A DNA stretch of 64,000 nucleotides from assembly GCF_032444005.1 (NCBI RefSeq), contig NC_091283.1, forward strand, positions 420,422,001-420,486,000, given 5' to 3'. A program made the position numbers and the translations under genes. Position 1 is the first letter of the stretch, and the number at the start of each line of letters is the position of its first letter. The DNA is from Ranitomeya imitator. Its lineage: Eukaryota. This document shows positions 44,588 to 56,406 of the stretch, in pieces. The notes beneath the pieces were generated by a model. It was not told the DNA's origin. It searched no databases and saw nothing but the letters and a program-made list of their open reading frames with translations.

Positions 44588-45598
44588 CTTCTCTGATCCG
44601 GTTTCTAAAAACAGATTGAATTGAATTGAAATCAGCACAGCAAGTTGTCATTTAACCCTTTCGGAGAATTCTTTTCAGGGTCAAAGAAGCACGTTTCAGA
44701 TGGCAAATGTAGCAATTTGCTCAATTTCACTGGACCGTTTGCAACATTTCCTGTGCCTTGCTTTCACCTGTGCATGTTCAGCATTGGATTGCATCCAATA
44801 TGCAATCAAGCAATCAAGCAATCTTTGCTGGTTGCAACAGGTGTGTTTAGATGTAGGCCCGAATGAGGCCTTTGTAACAGTGTTGCTAATATATTGTGCC
44901 ATCTACAAAATTAGGCCCCTGCTGTCTGTCTGTCTGTCAGTATGAAGTGTTTAAATTGAAGTATCCTACGAGTAGTTCGGCCATACATACTACATTTGTG
45001 ACCGCATGCACAAATTCCTTTGTAAAACATTGGCTCCCTCTTGTGGACCACAGACTTTTAATTATGTGGTGTATGATATGTATTTAAATAAAGAAGGAAA
45101 AATGGGGTGGGTCTGTGATGATCTTGCTTGAATGTGCTAGTCTTGTCCATCTTGTCTTGCACTGTGTGAGTAGTATTCTAATGCTTTTGACCAATTAGGT
45201 GCGCTGCTGCTGCCTGCAGTAGATAGAATCTGTGCACGGAACCTTCACCAGCTGTCACAATGGGGCCTTCAGCCATTGACTCCGGAACTCTCACGTGTCA
45301 CAATGGGCTCTGGACCTATCTAAGGCAGAGAAAAATGGCGCCGTCTTCAGTCTGCTGCTGGAGCAGCAGCAGACCACATGGTAGGGGGATTGTCTGTCTG
45401 TGCCCAGCTTCAGGGCAGCTGGCAAGACAACTGCTAGCCCGTCTGGTGTTTGAATTACACACTCGCTCTGCCCGTTTCTTGAATAGCCCTCTTTACCTTG
45501 ACAAGTCAGCTGGTATGTCACTCTCCATCCATCAGGAGGAACGTTACCCCTTAGACCCCAGTCCAGTGCCTCTCACTTAGCCAAATCAGTTCTCTTGC

Positions 45599-45643
45599 TT
45601 CGCACTGACGAGGGCCAAGAGCCCTAAACACCGTGTCTGCGAA
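45599..45643 (+). ncRNA. Hammerhead fold, G12U
   Basis: As 18451-18495. Confidence 0.72.
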
Positions 45644-45738
45644 TTGAGATGCTGTTGTTTTTTGTTTTTGTTTTTGTAAAGGGGCAATTTGTAGACCTGC
45701 ACTCTTTAGCGCAAAAGGGATGGAGGGTGTGTTCAAAT

Positions 45739-45975
45739 GGGCGGAGTTATGCAGATTAGGCGGAGTTATGCAGATTTCAAAAACGCGTTGGGCCCAACTT
45801 GAACACACCCCCACACACCCCCACACACCCCCCACACACCAGAACTGCCATTTGAGAAGGCATCCAGAGTTTAGAAAAAAATGTCTTCCCCTGGGCAATC
45901 ATCTTTTGGCCTCTCTCCACAGTGGGTCTTGGTTGCAGGCCATGGGGCGTCCGGAGTGGCAAACCATTTCAGGCT
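45739..45975 (+). promoter_or_regulatory. U2 promoter (DSE + PSE)
   Basis: Copy of 18601-18829. Confidence 0.85.
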
Positions 45976-46012
45976 ATCGCTTCTCGGCCTTTTGGCTAAG
46001 ATCAGGTGTAGT
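45976..46012 (+). ncRNA. RNU2: U2 snRNA 5' fragment (nt 1-37, A30G)
   Basis: ...AAGATCAGGTGTAGT. Confidence 0.95.
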
Positions 46013-46217
46013 GACCATATAGTTGCTGCCCTGGTCTTGACTGGAAGGTGCCTGGGGTACCCGGCTCCTTGGCCTGGGGGGATTGTCTCACTTATGGTGG
46101 GACTTCACCCCCCTGCTGCTATTAGGGAGCTGGATTAGTCCCCAGGCAACGAGTCGCGATCCCCCGGCGTAAGGCCGAGCCCGTCTTCACGGCAAGCCTT
46201 AAGCCAAAACTGCTGCG

Positions 46218-47763
46218 ATGCCATGCGTATGGCAATTCTTGTCTGGCGCCGGCCAGATAAGGAACTCGATTAAAATCGAGGTTCCAGAAAACCATGTTGG
46301 GTACGACAACCCTCGAGAGTTCTACTTACAGGTTCTAAGGAATCTACTGGGCGTGAAGGAGAGCGACGTTTACTGCCTGCAGGAGAAGGGGCAGAACTCG
46401 TATGTCCTAACGCTGGCAACCAAGATTGTTTGCCAAAACTTCTATGAGCGAGTGAAGGGCGAGAGTTTCAGCAAGCTGTTGGATGGAGTGGTCTTCACGG
46501 CTCTGTATGGCGAACTGGACGTACCCCTCGTAGTACATATGTTCAACCCTCATGTGTCCTGAGAGGATATTGAGCTGTACCTGAACAGATACTGCACGTC
46601 TGTAAGGTACACGGGGAACGTCAAAGGGAGAAGCGGTTTCTGGAATGGGAAACGACGCTTTATGGTACGCTTTAGAGCTGACCCTGGGGGTGTAGAAGGC
46701 CTTATGCACCCCCCCCTCCACAGTGGTGCTGGGGAGAGACCACGGCTATCTGTTTTACAACGGACAGCCGCTCAGATGCTGAAAGTGTGGCGACCTTGGT
46801 CACTTGCAAAGTGACTGTAAAAATGAGCGGATGAGTCAGTGCCACAACTGTGGTAAATGGGGTCATGCCTCAAAGGACTGCACAAACGAAAAGACCTGCA
46901 GTAGTTGCGGACGGGCTGATCACCTGTTCAGCAATTGTCCAATGCGGACAAGGTCTCGTGGTGGCTATGGGGCGCCTGCGGCTAGTTCCACAGGGGTCCC
47001 AGCTGATGCAAGCAGGGCAAGCTCAGTGGTCACCGGTGTGAGCTTTGCGGACATCACTGCGGGTCTAAAGCGGTCTGACTCAGTTGAAGCTTGGACGGTA
47101 CCCAAGTCTAATGACTCGGCTCCCACAGCCGTAGCGGTACCCGTGCCTACTCCTGAAGGTGTCCACGTTCCGCCTGGCGGAGAGGGGGCACTTCCTCAGA
47201 GATCTGAGAAAGATCAAAAAAAGAGGCGTGTATCCAGAGCGGTTGGTGCCATTCCTGATGTCCATCCAGAGGTCCCTGCTGATGACCATGCTGACGGTGG
47301 ATCGGATGTCTGTCCTGAAACCTGTCCAGAGGCCCAACCAGATGCCAATACAGAGGGATGTCCTGATGTTTGTCCAAAGGATGGAGGCCATGAGTCAACT
47401 GGTGATCCTGGTGCCGGACCTGCTCGTCACCCTGTTCTTGGGGATACATCTGTCGGAGGCCCTGACGGGGTTATGGACATTCCACCAGCTGCAGAGCCTG
47501 GAAAGAACCCTGCGGACCAGATGGATCTCAGCATCTGTGGTAAGAGGAGCCGTGAGGAGACTCGGGAGGAGGGAGGCCCACCTGAGTCATCCCGTAAAAT
47601 CTTTCTGGCTGTTGCTCCACCTCTCCTCAGCCCAGAAAGGACTAACATAATAGAGGAATACACGGACTCCGAGGATACTACCAGTTTAGTGACTGTGGCA
47701 TCTTTATCACCTGCCGTATCACAGATTATTGAGTCTGATGCTGAGTGTCAAGAATCATTATAA
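46218..47763 (+). pseudogene. E8 ORF1 pseudogene
   Basis: TGA 46560-46562, +1 in C-run 46709-46716, TGA 46780-46782; knuckles CHNCGKWGH, CSSCGRADH. Confidence 0.85.
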
Positions 47764-47774
47764 AAAGACATAAC

Positions 47775-50700
47775 ATGGCAGACATCCACATTGCCTCACT
47801 GAATGTGAGAAGCTTAAAGAGCCCCTCTAGGAGGGCTGCTTTGTTCACATGGCTAATGACTTTGAGTTTTGAGGTCTTTTTCCTGCAGGAATGCGGTATT
47901 GATCATGGACTTTCATATTCCAACCTAATTAAAGACTGGACAGCAGGACCCTCTGTCTGGTCAGGGTCAAATGAAAGTAAAGCTGCTGGGGTTGGGATTT
48001 TATTCAAAGGCCAAAATGTAAATATTTTATCTGTCACTGAAATTATTCCAGGCCGTGCCTTATTAGCCCATGTTGTTTTAAATGGTTTTACTTGTCGTTT
48101 TATGAATATTTATGCATCCCCCGAGAAAAATGAACGTGCCTCCCTTTTTAATGACATATCTTTGTTTTTAACAGGTCCATCTCCAATAATAGTGGGAGAG
48201 GATTTTAATTGTGTCATACTGGGAGAGGGGCGGAGTGGTGGTGATGGGGCTGGTAGAACAGACAAAACATCTAGTCTGTTAAAACACCTAGTGACAGACC
48301 TTAAATTACTATATGCATGGAGGAAGTCCCACCCTTCTGACCCAGGATATACGTGGAAGGGTAGAGGGCTGTCTTCTCGCATTGATTTTATTTTTTGTTC
48401 TAATGATGTTTTTAAATCCAGTAACGCAGGGCTGATGGAAAACATCTTTTCTGATCATGCATTGCTACATACCAACCTGCAGGTTCCTGGGGATGCAAAT
48501 GTAGGGAAAGGTATGTGGAAACTTAATACTCTCCTTTTAGAAGACGAGTTGGTAAGGGCAGACTTTATAGCCAAATATAAATCTTGGAGGGGGCGGAAAC
48601 ACCCAAAACAGAGTATGCTGGGGTGGTGGGAGTGTGTTAAAACCCGTATTAAAGAGTTCTTTATCAAAGTTGGCAAAAGAAAGGCACGGGAAAAAAGAAA
48701 ATGTTTTAGAGATTTTAATGTCAGGTTGCAAACTCTCCATAGGCTTAAGGAATGGGGAGTGCCTGGTGTGGATGGCGAGATGGCCAAAATCCAGACTGAA
48801 ATCCACAAATTCCTGGACCAAAAAGGTAAAGAGGTCATTTTTAGTGCCCGTGTAAAATATTTGGAAGAGGGTGAGTCATGCTCGAGGTTTTTCTTTAAAA
48901 AAGTGAATGACAAAAAACAAATGATTGTGGAATTGGAAGGAGAGACCTCCATTGGGTGCATTTTAGAGAAAACTTTTAATTTTTATAATGATCTTTTTAG
49001 CATTAAAAATATTGATGAGACCATGCTTTTAGGAAATCTTAATGTTTTATCCCAGTTTTTAAATAAGGAGGACCAGGAGTTTTTAGAAAACAATGTTTTA
49101 ACATCTGAAGTTGAAGCGGCCCTAAAGAGTTTTGCTAATGGCAAGGCTCCTGGATCAGACGGCCTCCCTATTGAATTTTATATTTGTTTTTGGGATACTA
49201 TTAAAACTGATTTTTTACAAGTGGTTAGTGAAGCTTTTATGGCCGACTCTTTACCGTACTCATGGCGTAAAAGCATGATCACCCTCATTTTTAAAAAAGG
49301 CGATAGAACAAAACTGGAAAATTGGAGGCCCATTTCACTATTAAATACTGATTATAAAATCCTTGCAAAAATTATTTCTGGTCGTCTAAAGGTTGTTATT
49401 AAAAATGTGATCCATCCTGATCAGGTATGTGGGGTCCCCGGGAGATCAATCTGGGAGCACCTTAATTTAATTCGGGATCTGATCTGGTACCAGAAGGAGA
49501 GAAAACAACCATTAGCGATTTTATCCTTGGATTTTATGAAGGCCTTTGATAGGGTCTCCCACTTTTATCTTTTTAAAGTTTTAGAAAGGATGGGGTTCCC
49601 TATGTCTTTTATCCAGAAAATATCGCTTTTATACAAACAGTCATTTGCACAGGTTTTAATTAATGGGTTTTTAACTTAAGAGGTGGTACTCCATTCTGGA
49701 GTAAAACAAGGCTGTCCCATGTCCCCACTTTTATTTGTCTGTTCTATTGAGCCACTGTTGTGCCTGCTGCGTCAGGACAAAGTGATCAGAGGGATTTTTA
49801 TTCCAGGTGGGGGTGGGCAGCAAGTTAAGGCTCTGGGCTATATGGATGATGTATCAGTGTATGGCACCAGCTCTGCATCCATTAATAGAGCAATTTTAAT
49901 CACGGGAATTTTTAGTGCGGGTTCTGGTTTTAAGCTAAACATAAATAAATGTGACTGTTTTATAATGGGCCAATGGGAATCAGACCTCCCCCGGGTCCCA
50001 ACACAATCAGTTGGAATTAAGATTCTAGGCATCTTGTTCAATCAGGCAAATGATGGTAAGGAAAACTGGGACCTGGTACTCAATAAATTGCACCAAAAGA
50101 TTTCCCTGTGGCAAATCCGCAAAATGTCAATGGAGGGTAAGATCCTGGTGATCAAGATGGTATTGCTTCCCATCATTTTGTATGCCGCCATGGTCTTCCC
50201 TCCAAACTCCTTTTACCTAAAAAAGCTTATGAAACCCATGTTTTACTTTCTTTGGGGGTCCAATATGGAAAAATTAAGGAGGGAGGTGGTTTGTAAAAGT
50301 AAAAAGAATGGTGGTAAGGCGTTTCCCAACCTAAAACTGTTCATTTTTATAAAGTTTTTTGTATTTTGTTATAAAAATTTGTACAATGTTGGGGCTTTCT
50401 CGTGTTTCCTGAGGTATGCAACAGGATTCACTTTCAGGAAGCTAGATTTCAGCATGAACGCTAACTCTCCTTTTATCCTATCACCTCCCGAACAATACAG
50501 AGTCCTGGAAAGCACAATCTCTGAGTATGATTTAGCTCATGTTGACCGTCAGTTTCTTCTGGACCAGCGGAAACTGACAATTATTTGTAAGGGTCATGAA
50601 GAGATGCAGGACGTGTCCAATTTTTCCATTTCCAAAAGCAGGATAGTATGGAATAATGTTGCCTGTCCAGCCCTTAGTAATTCCCAAAAGGATCTGGCTT

Positions 50701-51169
50701 GGCAGGTAGTCCATCAATGCCTCCCAACAAGGGCCTTCCAGCACCATGGGGTTTGGTTGCCAGTGCCAGATGCCCTAGAGACAGGTGTGCGCCAGACGAG
50801 TCAGTCTTCCACTTATTTTGGGAATGTTCCTATGCTCAGGAGCTCTGGCAAACAGTGGGCACCCTATTAAAGTGGATATGTGGGATACAATCCCTAACCT
50901 GCGACACAGTTATTTATGGTATCATTAACTGCCCTACCATGAAACAAGCACGAGTGGCATGGCTAATGATCAATTGTTTTAAAGAATCCCTATGGAAAGT
51001 GCGAAATATATTCCTGTTTAAGCGTGATTTTATTTCTGTAAATGACTGCATTGGGTTGGCACTATGTGAGATGTATACATACTACCTGCGAGATTGTAAA
51101 AAAATGGGAGTTAAAGAAGCAAAAAAGTTATCGTGTTTACAAATTTGGAACATGTATTTACATATGTAA
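47775..51169 (+). pseudogene. E8 ORF2 pseudogene
   Basis: In-frame TAA 49677-49679; frameshift near 50745; GYMDD retained. Confidence 0.88.
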
Positions 51170-51506
51170 ATTATATGCATATTAATTGTTTTTGTGTTCT
51201 TAATTGTACTTTTAATCAGATTTTGTTTTAAGCCATGTTTTATTCAAGTGTGAATTTTTATTGTACTTGGATTATTTTAACAACAATGGTCTTGAAAATC
51301 TGAAAGAATTGTAAATGTGTCTCAGCAAAAGAGAAGAACACAGTTTTATATGCATATGTATTGTACTGTTTTTATATGTTTTTTTACCATTTTAAAATCA
51401 GATTTGTATTTGTTTTTATGTCATATTTTATTCAAGTCTTTGATTTGTTTGAAATTTATGATGTATGTCTGATTTAAATAAAGCTAATTTGAAAAGTTAA
51501 AAAAAA

Positions 51507-51657
51507 ATCTGTTCTTATCAGTTTAATATCTGATACGTCCCCTATTTGGGGACCATATATTAAATGGATTTTTAGAACAGGGAGCTGGAAATGGAGCTTG
51601 CTCTGTCCACTCCACGCATTGACCCGATATTGCAGTATCTTCGGGAACAGTGCACCC
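51507..51657 (+). ncRNA. RNU2: U2 snRNA 3' fragment (nt 38-188)
   Basis: Variant B sequence. Confidence 0.97.
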
Positions 51658-51965
51658 CTTCTCTGATCCGGTTTCTAAAAACAGATTGAATTGAATTGAA
51701 ATCAGCACAGCAAGTTGTCATTTAACCCTTTCGGAGAATTCTTTTCAGGGTCAAAGAAGCACGTTTCAGATGGCAAATGTAGCAATTTGCTCAATTTCAC
51801 TGGACCGTTTGCAACATTTCCTGTGCCTTGCTTTCACCTGTGCATGTTCAGCATTGGATTGCATCCAATATGCAATCAATCAAGCAATCAAGCAATCTTT
51901 GCTGGTTGCAACAGGTGTGTTCAGATGTAGGCCCGAATGAGGCCTTTGTAACAGTGTTGCTAATA

Positions 51966-53545
51966 CAGGTCCTTCTCAAAAAATTAGCATATAGTGTTAA
52001 ATTTCATTATTTACCATAATGTAATGATTACAATTAAACTTTCATATATTATAGATTCATTATCCACCAACTGAAATTTGTCAGGTCTTTTATTGTTTTA
52101 ATACTGATGATTTTGGCATACAACTCCTGATAACCCAAAAAACCTGTCTCAATAAATTAGCATATTTCACCCATCCAATCAAATAAAAGTGTTTTTTAAT
52201 AAGAAACAAAAAAACCAACAAATAATAATGTTCAGTTATGCACTCAATACTTGGTCGGGAATCCTTTGGCAGAAATGACTGCTTCAATGCGGCGTGGCAT
52301 GGAGGCAATCAGCCTGTGACACTGCTGAGATGTTATGGAGGCCCAGGATGCTTCAATAGCGGCCTTAAGCTCATCCAGAGTGTTGGGTCTTGCGTCTCTC
52401 AACTTTCTCTTCACAATATCCCACAGATTCTCTATGGGGTTCAGGTCAGGAGAGTTGGCAGGCCAATTGAGCACAGTAATACCATGGTCAGTAAACCATT
52501 TACCAGTGGTTTTGGCACTGTGAGCAGGTGCCAGGTCGTGCTGAAAAATGAAATCTTCATCTCCATAAAGCATTTCAGCCGATGGAAGCATGAAGTGCTC
52601 CAAAATCTCCTGATAGCTAGCTGCATTGACCCTGCCCTTGATGAAACACAGTGGACCAACACCAGCAGCTGACATGGCACCCCACACCATCACTGACTGT
52701 GGGTACTTGACACTGGACTTCAGGCATTTTGGCATTTCCTTCTCCCCAGTCTTCCTCCAGACTCTGGCACCTTGATTTCCGAATGACATGCAAAATTTGC
52801 TTTCATCAGAAAAAAGTACTTGGGACCACTTAGCAACAGTCCAGTGCTGCTTCTCTGTAGTTCAAAAGTGGCTTTACCTGGGGAATGCGGCACCTGTAGC
52901 CCATTTCCTGCACACGCCTGTGCACGGTGGCTCTGGATGTTTCCACACCAGACTCAGTCCACTGCTTCCTCAGGTTCCCCAAGGTCTGGAATCGGTCCTT
53001 CTCCACAATCTTCCTCAGGGTCCGGTCTCCTCTTCTCGTTGTACAGCGTTTTCTGCCACATTGTTTCCTTCCAACAGACTTACCATTGAGGTGCCTTGAT
53101 ACAGCACTCTGGGAACAGCCTATTTGTTGAGAAATTTCTTTCTGGGTCTTACCCTCTTGCTTGAGGGTGTCAATGATGGCCTTCTTGACATCTGTCAGGT
53201 CGCTAGTCTTACCCATGATGGGGGTTTTGAGTAATGAACCAGGCAGGGAGTTTATAAAAGCCTCAGGTATCTTTTGCATGTGTTTAGAGTTAATTAGTTG
53301 ATTCAGAAGATTAGGGTAATAGGTCGTTTAGAGAACCTTTTCTTGATATGCTAATTTATTGAGACAGGTTTTTTGGGTTATCAGGAGTTGTATGCCAAAA
53401 TCATCAGTATTAAAACAATAAAAGACCTGACAAATTTCAGTTGGTGGATAATGAATCTATAATATATGAAAGTTTAATTGTAATCATTACATTATGGTAA
53501 ATAATGAAATTTAACACTATATGCTAATTTTTTGAGAAGGACCTG
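51966..53545 (-). mobile_element. Tc1-family DNA transposon (IR/DR type), 1580 bp, TA target duplication
   Basis: 200-bp TIRs 51966-52165 and 53346-53545, each with AAATTAGCATAT at both ends; TA at 51964-51965 and 53546-53547; empty site GCTAATATATTGTG in other spacers. Confidence 0.95.
52244..53216 (-). pseudogene. Tc1 DD34E transposase with frameshifting deletion near 52860
   Basis: MGKTSDL..IGCSQSAVS HTH; FSDES, FQHDLAPAH, WPANSPDLNPIENLW; linker after KPLLN appears shortened. Confidence 0.92.
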
Positions 53546-54254
53546 TATATTGTGCCATCTACAAAATTAGGCCCCTGCTGTCTGTCTGTCTGTCAGTATG
53601 AAGTGTTTAAATTGAAGTATCCTACGAGTAGTTCGGCCATACATACTACATTTGTGACCGCATGCACAAATTCCTTTGTAAAACATTGGCTCCCTCTTGT
53701 GGACCACAGACTTTTAATTATGTGGTGTATGATATGTATTTAAATAAAGAAGGAAAAATGGGGTGGGTCTGTGATGATCTTGCTTGAATGTGCTAGTCTT
53801 GTCCATCTTGTCTTGCACTGTGTGAGTAGTATTCTAATGCTTTTGACCAATTAGGTGCGCTGCTGCTGCCTGCAGTAGATAGAATCTGTGCACGGAACCT
53901 TCACCAGCTGTCACAATGGGGCCTTCAGCCATTGACTCCGGAACTCTCACGTGTCACAATGGGCTCTGGACCTATCTAAGGCAGAGAAAAATGGCGCCGT
54001 CTTCAGTCTGCTGCTGGAGCAGCAGCAGACCACATGGTAGGGGGATTGTCTGTCTGTGCCCAGCTTCAGGGCAGCTGGCAAGACAACTGCTAGCCCGTCT
54101 GGTGTTTGAATTACACACTCGCTCTGCCCGTTTCTTGAATAGCCCTCTTTACCTTGACAAGTCAGCTGGTATGTCACTCTCCATCCATCAGGAGGAACGT
54201 TACCCCTTAGACCCCAGTCCAGTGCCTCTCACTTAGCCAAATCAGTTCTCTTGC

Positions 54255-54299
54255 TTCGCACTGACGAGGGCCAAGAGCCCTAAACACCGTGTCTGCGAA
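54255..54299 (+). ncRNA. Hammerhead fold, G12U
   Basis: As 18451-18495. Confidence 0.72.
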
Positions 54300-54407
54300 T
54301 TGAGATGCTGTTGTTTTTTTTTGTTTTTTTTTGTAAAGGGGCAATTTGTAGACCTGCACTAATAGTTGCACTCTTTAGCGCAAAAGGGATGGAGGGTGTG
54401 TTCAAAT

Positions 54408-54635
54408 GGGCGGAGTTATGCAGATTAGGCGGAGTTATGCAGATTTCAAAAACGCGTTGGGCCCAACTTGAACACACCCCCACACACCCCCACACACACC
54501 AGAACTGCCATTTGAGAAGGCATCCAGAGTTTAGAAAAAAATGTCTTCCCCTGGGCAATCATCTTTTGGCCTCTCTCCACAGTGGGTCTTGGTTGCAGGC
54601 CATGGGGCGTCCGGAGTGGCAAACCATTTCAGGCT
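54408..54635 (+). promoter_or_regulatory. U2 promoter (DSE + PSE)
   Basis: Copy of 18601-18829. Confidence 0.85.
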
Positions 54636-54671
54636 ATCGCTTCTCGGCCTTTTGGCTAAGATCAAGTGTAG
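54636..54671 (+). ncRNA. RNU2: U2 snRNA 5' fragment (nt 1-36)
   Basis: Same junction as E4. Confidence 0.95.
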
Positions 54672-54894
54672 GATTTTCTTGCATTTGGTCGAAGTCCTTT
54701 AGGTGCCTGGGGTACCCCGCCTCTCGGCCTTGGGTGCGGGTCCCACTCTTGTAGTGGGATCCAATCCCTTGTTGCTATAGGGAGGTGGGCTTAGTCCCTA
54801 GGCAACGAGTTGCGATCGCCCTAGCCAGATAGTCTTTGGATTACTTGGTGCCTTTCCTTGTTGCGGAACACCCCCGTTTTTTTTCCTTATAACC

Positions 54895-56358
54895 ATGGAC
54901 CCAGATCCTGGTGATGTTCCAACCTATGCTCTGCTAAAGCATACGGTTCGGATTTATTTTGAGAAAGGTGGAGGAGATGGCCGTGGACTAAAATTCGTGG
55001 TTGGCAATGTTCTGGAGAAGGCTCTTTCAGTCCGGAAACACGAAATCCTGGCCATCCAGGACTATCCAAGACGCGGTGTCTATGATGTTACTTTTACCGG
55101 AGAAGGTATCCATCAGCATGTTTGTAACCAGGTCATCTCCCCTGATGTGATTATCCAGAAAAACCCTGAACTTAAAGGGGTTAAATTTGCTATCCATGAT
55201 TTAGAAGAGACCAGGCTCTTGATTGTTAAAATTTATTCACCCCATATGCAAGACAGTGAAATCGGAAGATACCTGTTGGGTTTCTTCAAAAAAGTCAATT
55301 GTTTGGGGAAGATTTTGAATGAATGCGGCATTTGGACCTCCAAATGGAGATATGTTGTAACCTGTGTCAAAAATGCCTCAAAACCTGGAGGAGTAGATTT
55401 ACCACCAGCTCGTTTTAAAATTGGCAAAACGAATGGCGACCTCTATTTTAATGGCATGCCGTCCTTCTGTAGAAAATGTAAACTATATGGGCATTCAAAT
55501 TGTGACCCGACCTGTGCAAAATGTGGGAGCCAGGAACATAAAACCGAGCAATGCCAGACAGAGAATATGTGTACAAATTGTCTTGCAAAAGATCATTCTT
55601 TTTCCTTTTGTCCTAACAGGAAAAACACAAAAGGAGCACAACCCGAGAAGGAACAGCCTCCGGCCCCCTGCCAACCCTCGGCTGGTTCTGCTGTCCCCAA
55701 AACAAAGGAGGATGAGGAGGAGTCGATGGACGAGTCGAATGAGGTACCTGGTACAGGTAAGGATGGCTACACTGAAGTGAGGAATGAGAAAGCGAGACGC
55801 AGGAGGGAACGGCAGAAGGAGAGCAGGCAGCAGAAAGAGGACCCCGCAGAGGGTACAGCCGCTTCTGCAAAAAGCCAACCCTTGTCTCTGCGATCTTCCG
55901 GGACGGCTCAAGGGCGCGGAAAATCGGACCCAAAAAGGCGGAAAGTCCAGGAGAAAACAGGTGGTGCATCAAGGGAAGTACACCCACAGGAACCCCCTGA
56001 TGGAGGTGGGAAACCCGAGGAGATGCCCATGGAGGAGCGGGCAACCCCACCCTCTTCAGAGATGGAGAGGGGGTCTGGGGTGGCTGCCTCAGCCATTCCT
56101 GTAACTCCGGTCAGAGGACAGCCGGCACCCGAGCTCGATCTGACCCCTCCGATTGGTCCCCTGGAGGGGGGGCCGGTGGGAGATCAGGAGCAGGGATGGG
56201 AGTCGGCCTACCTGACAAATAAGGTCTTATTTATGGAGAGTGAGCTCGTCCCGGAAAGTGTAATGCCATCCGAAGCCCAGTCTGATGGAGAGTCCTCCGA
56301 GATCTCTTCCCTCATGACCGTCGCCGACAAGACTGAACCCTCCGATGAGGACATATAA
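54895..56358 (+). CDS. E9 ORF1 (487 aa)
   Basis: As E4 ORF1. Confidence 0.9.
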   Translation: MDPDPGDVPTYALLKHTVRIYFEKGGGDGRGLKFVVGNVLEKALSVRKHEILAIQDYPRRGVYDVTFTGEGIHQHVCNQVISPDVIIQKNPELKGVKFAIHDLEETRLLIVKIYSPHMQDSEIGRYLLGFFKKVNCLGKILNECGIWTSKWRYVVTCVKNASKPGGVDLPPARFKIGKTNGDLYFNGMPSFCRKCKLYGHSNCDPTCAKCGSQEHKTEQCQTENMCTNCLAKDHSFSFCPNRKNTKGAQPEKEQPPAPCQPSAGSAVPKTKEDEEESMDESNEVPGTGKDGYTEVRNEKARRRRERQKESRQQKEDPAEGTAASAKSQPLSLRSSGTAQGRGKSDPKRRKVQEKTGGASREVHPQEPPDGGGKPEEMPMEERATPPSSEMERGSGVAASAIPVTPVRGQPAPELDLTPPIGPLEGGPVGDQEQGWESAYLTNKVLFMESELVPESVMPSEAQSDGESSEISSLMTVADKTEPSDEDI

Positions 56359-56406
56359 GCCAGCTGAGGTAAGAGTTTTTGAATTTCGTACCTTTTATTT
56401 TCTCTT

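Larger units (their letters stand above)
46013..51506 (+). mobile_element. E8: full-length but decayed Tx1/Keno-like element
   Basis: Multiple stops and frameshifts in both ORFs; A-tail at U2 nt 38. Confidence 0.93.

Noticed and set aside
51455-51480. ATGATGT...CTGA in the E8 3' UTR as a C/D motif
   Set aside because: Degenerate box C, too short a spacing, no closing stem
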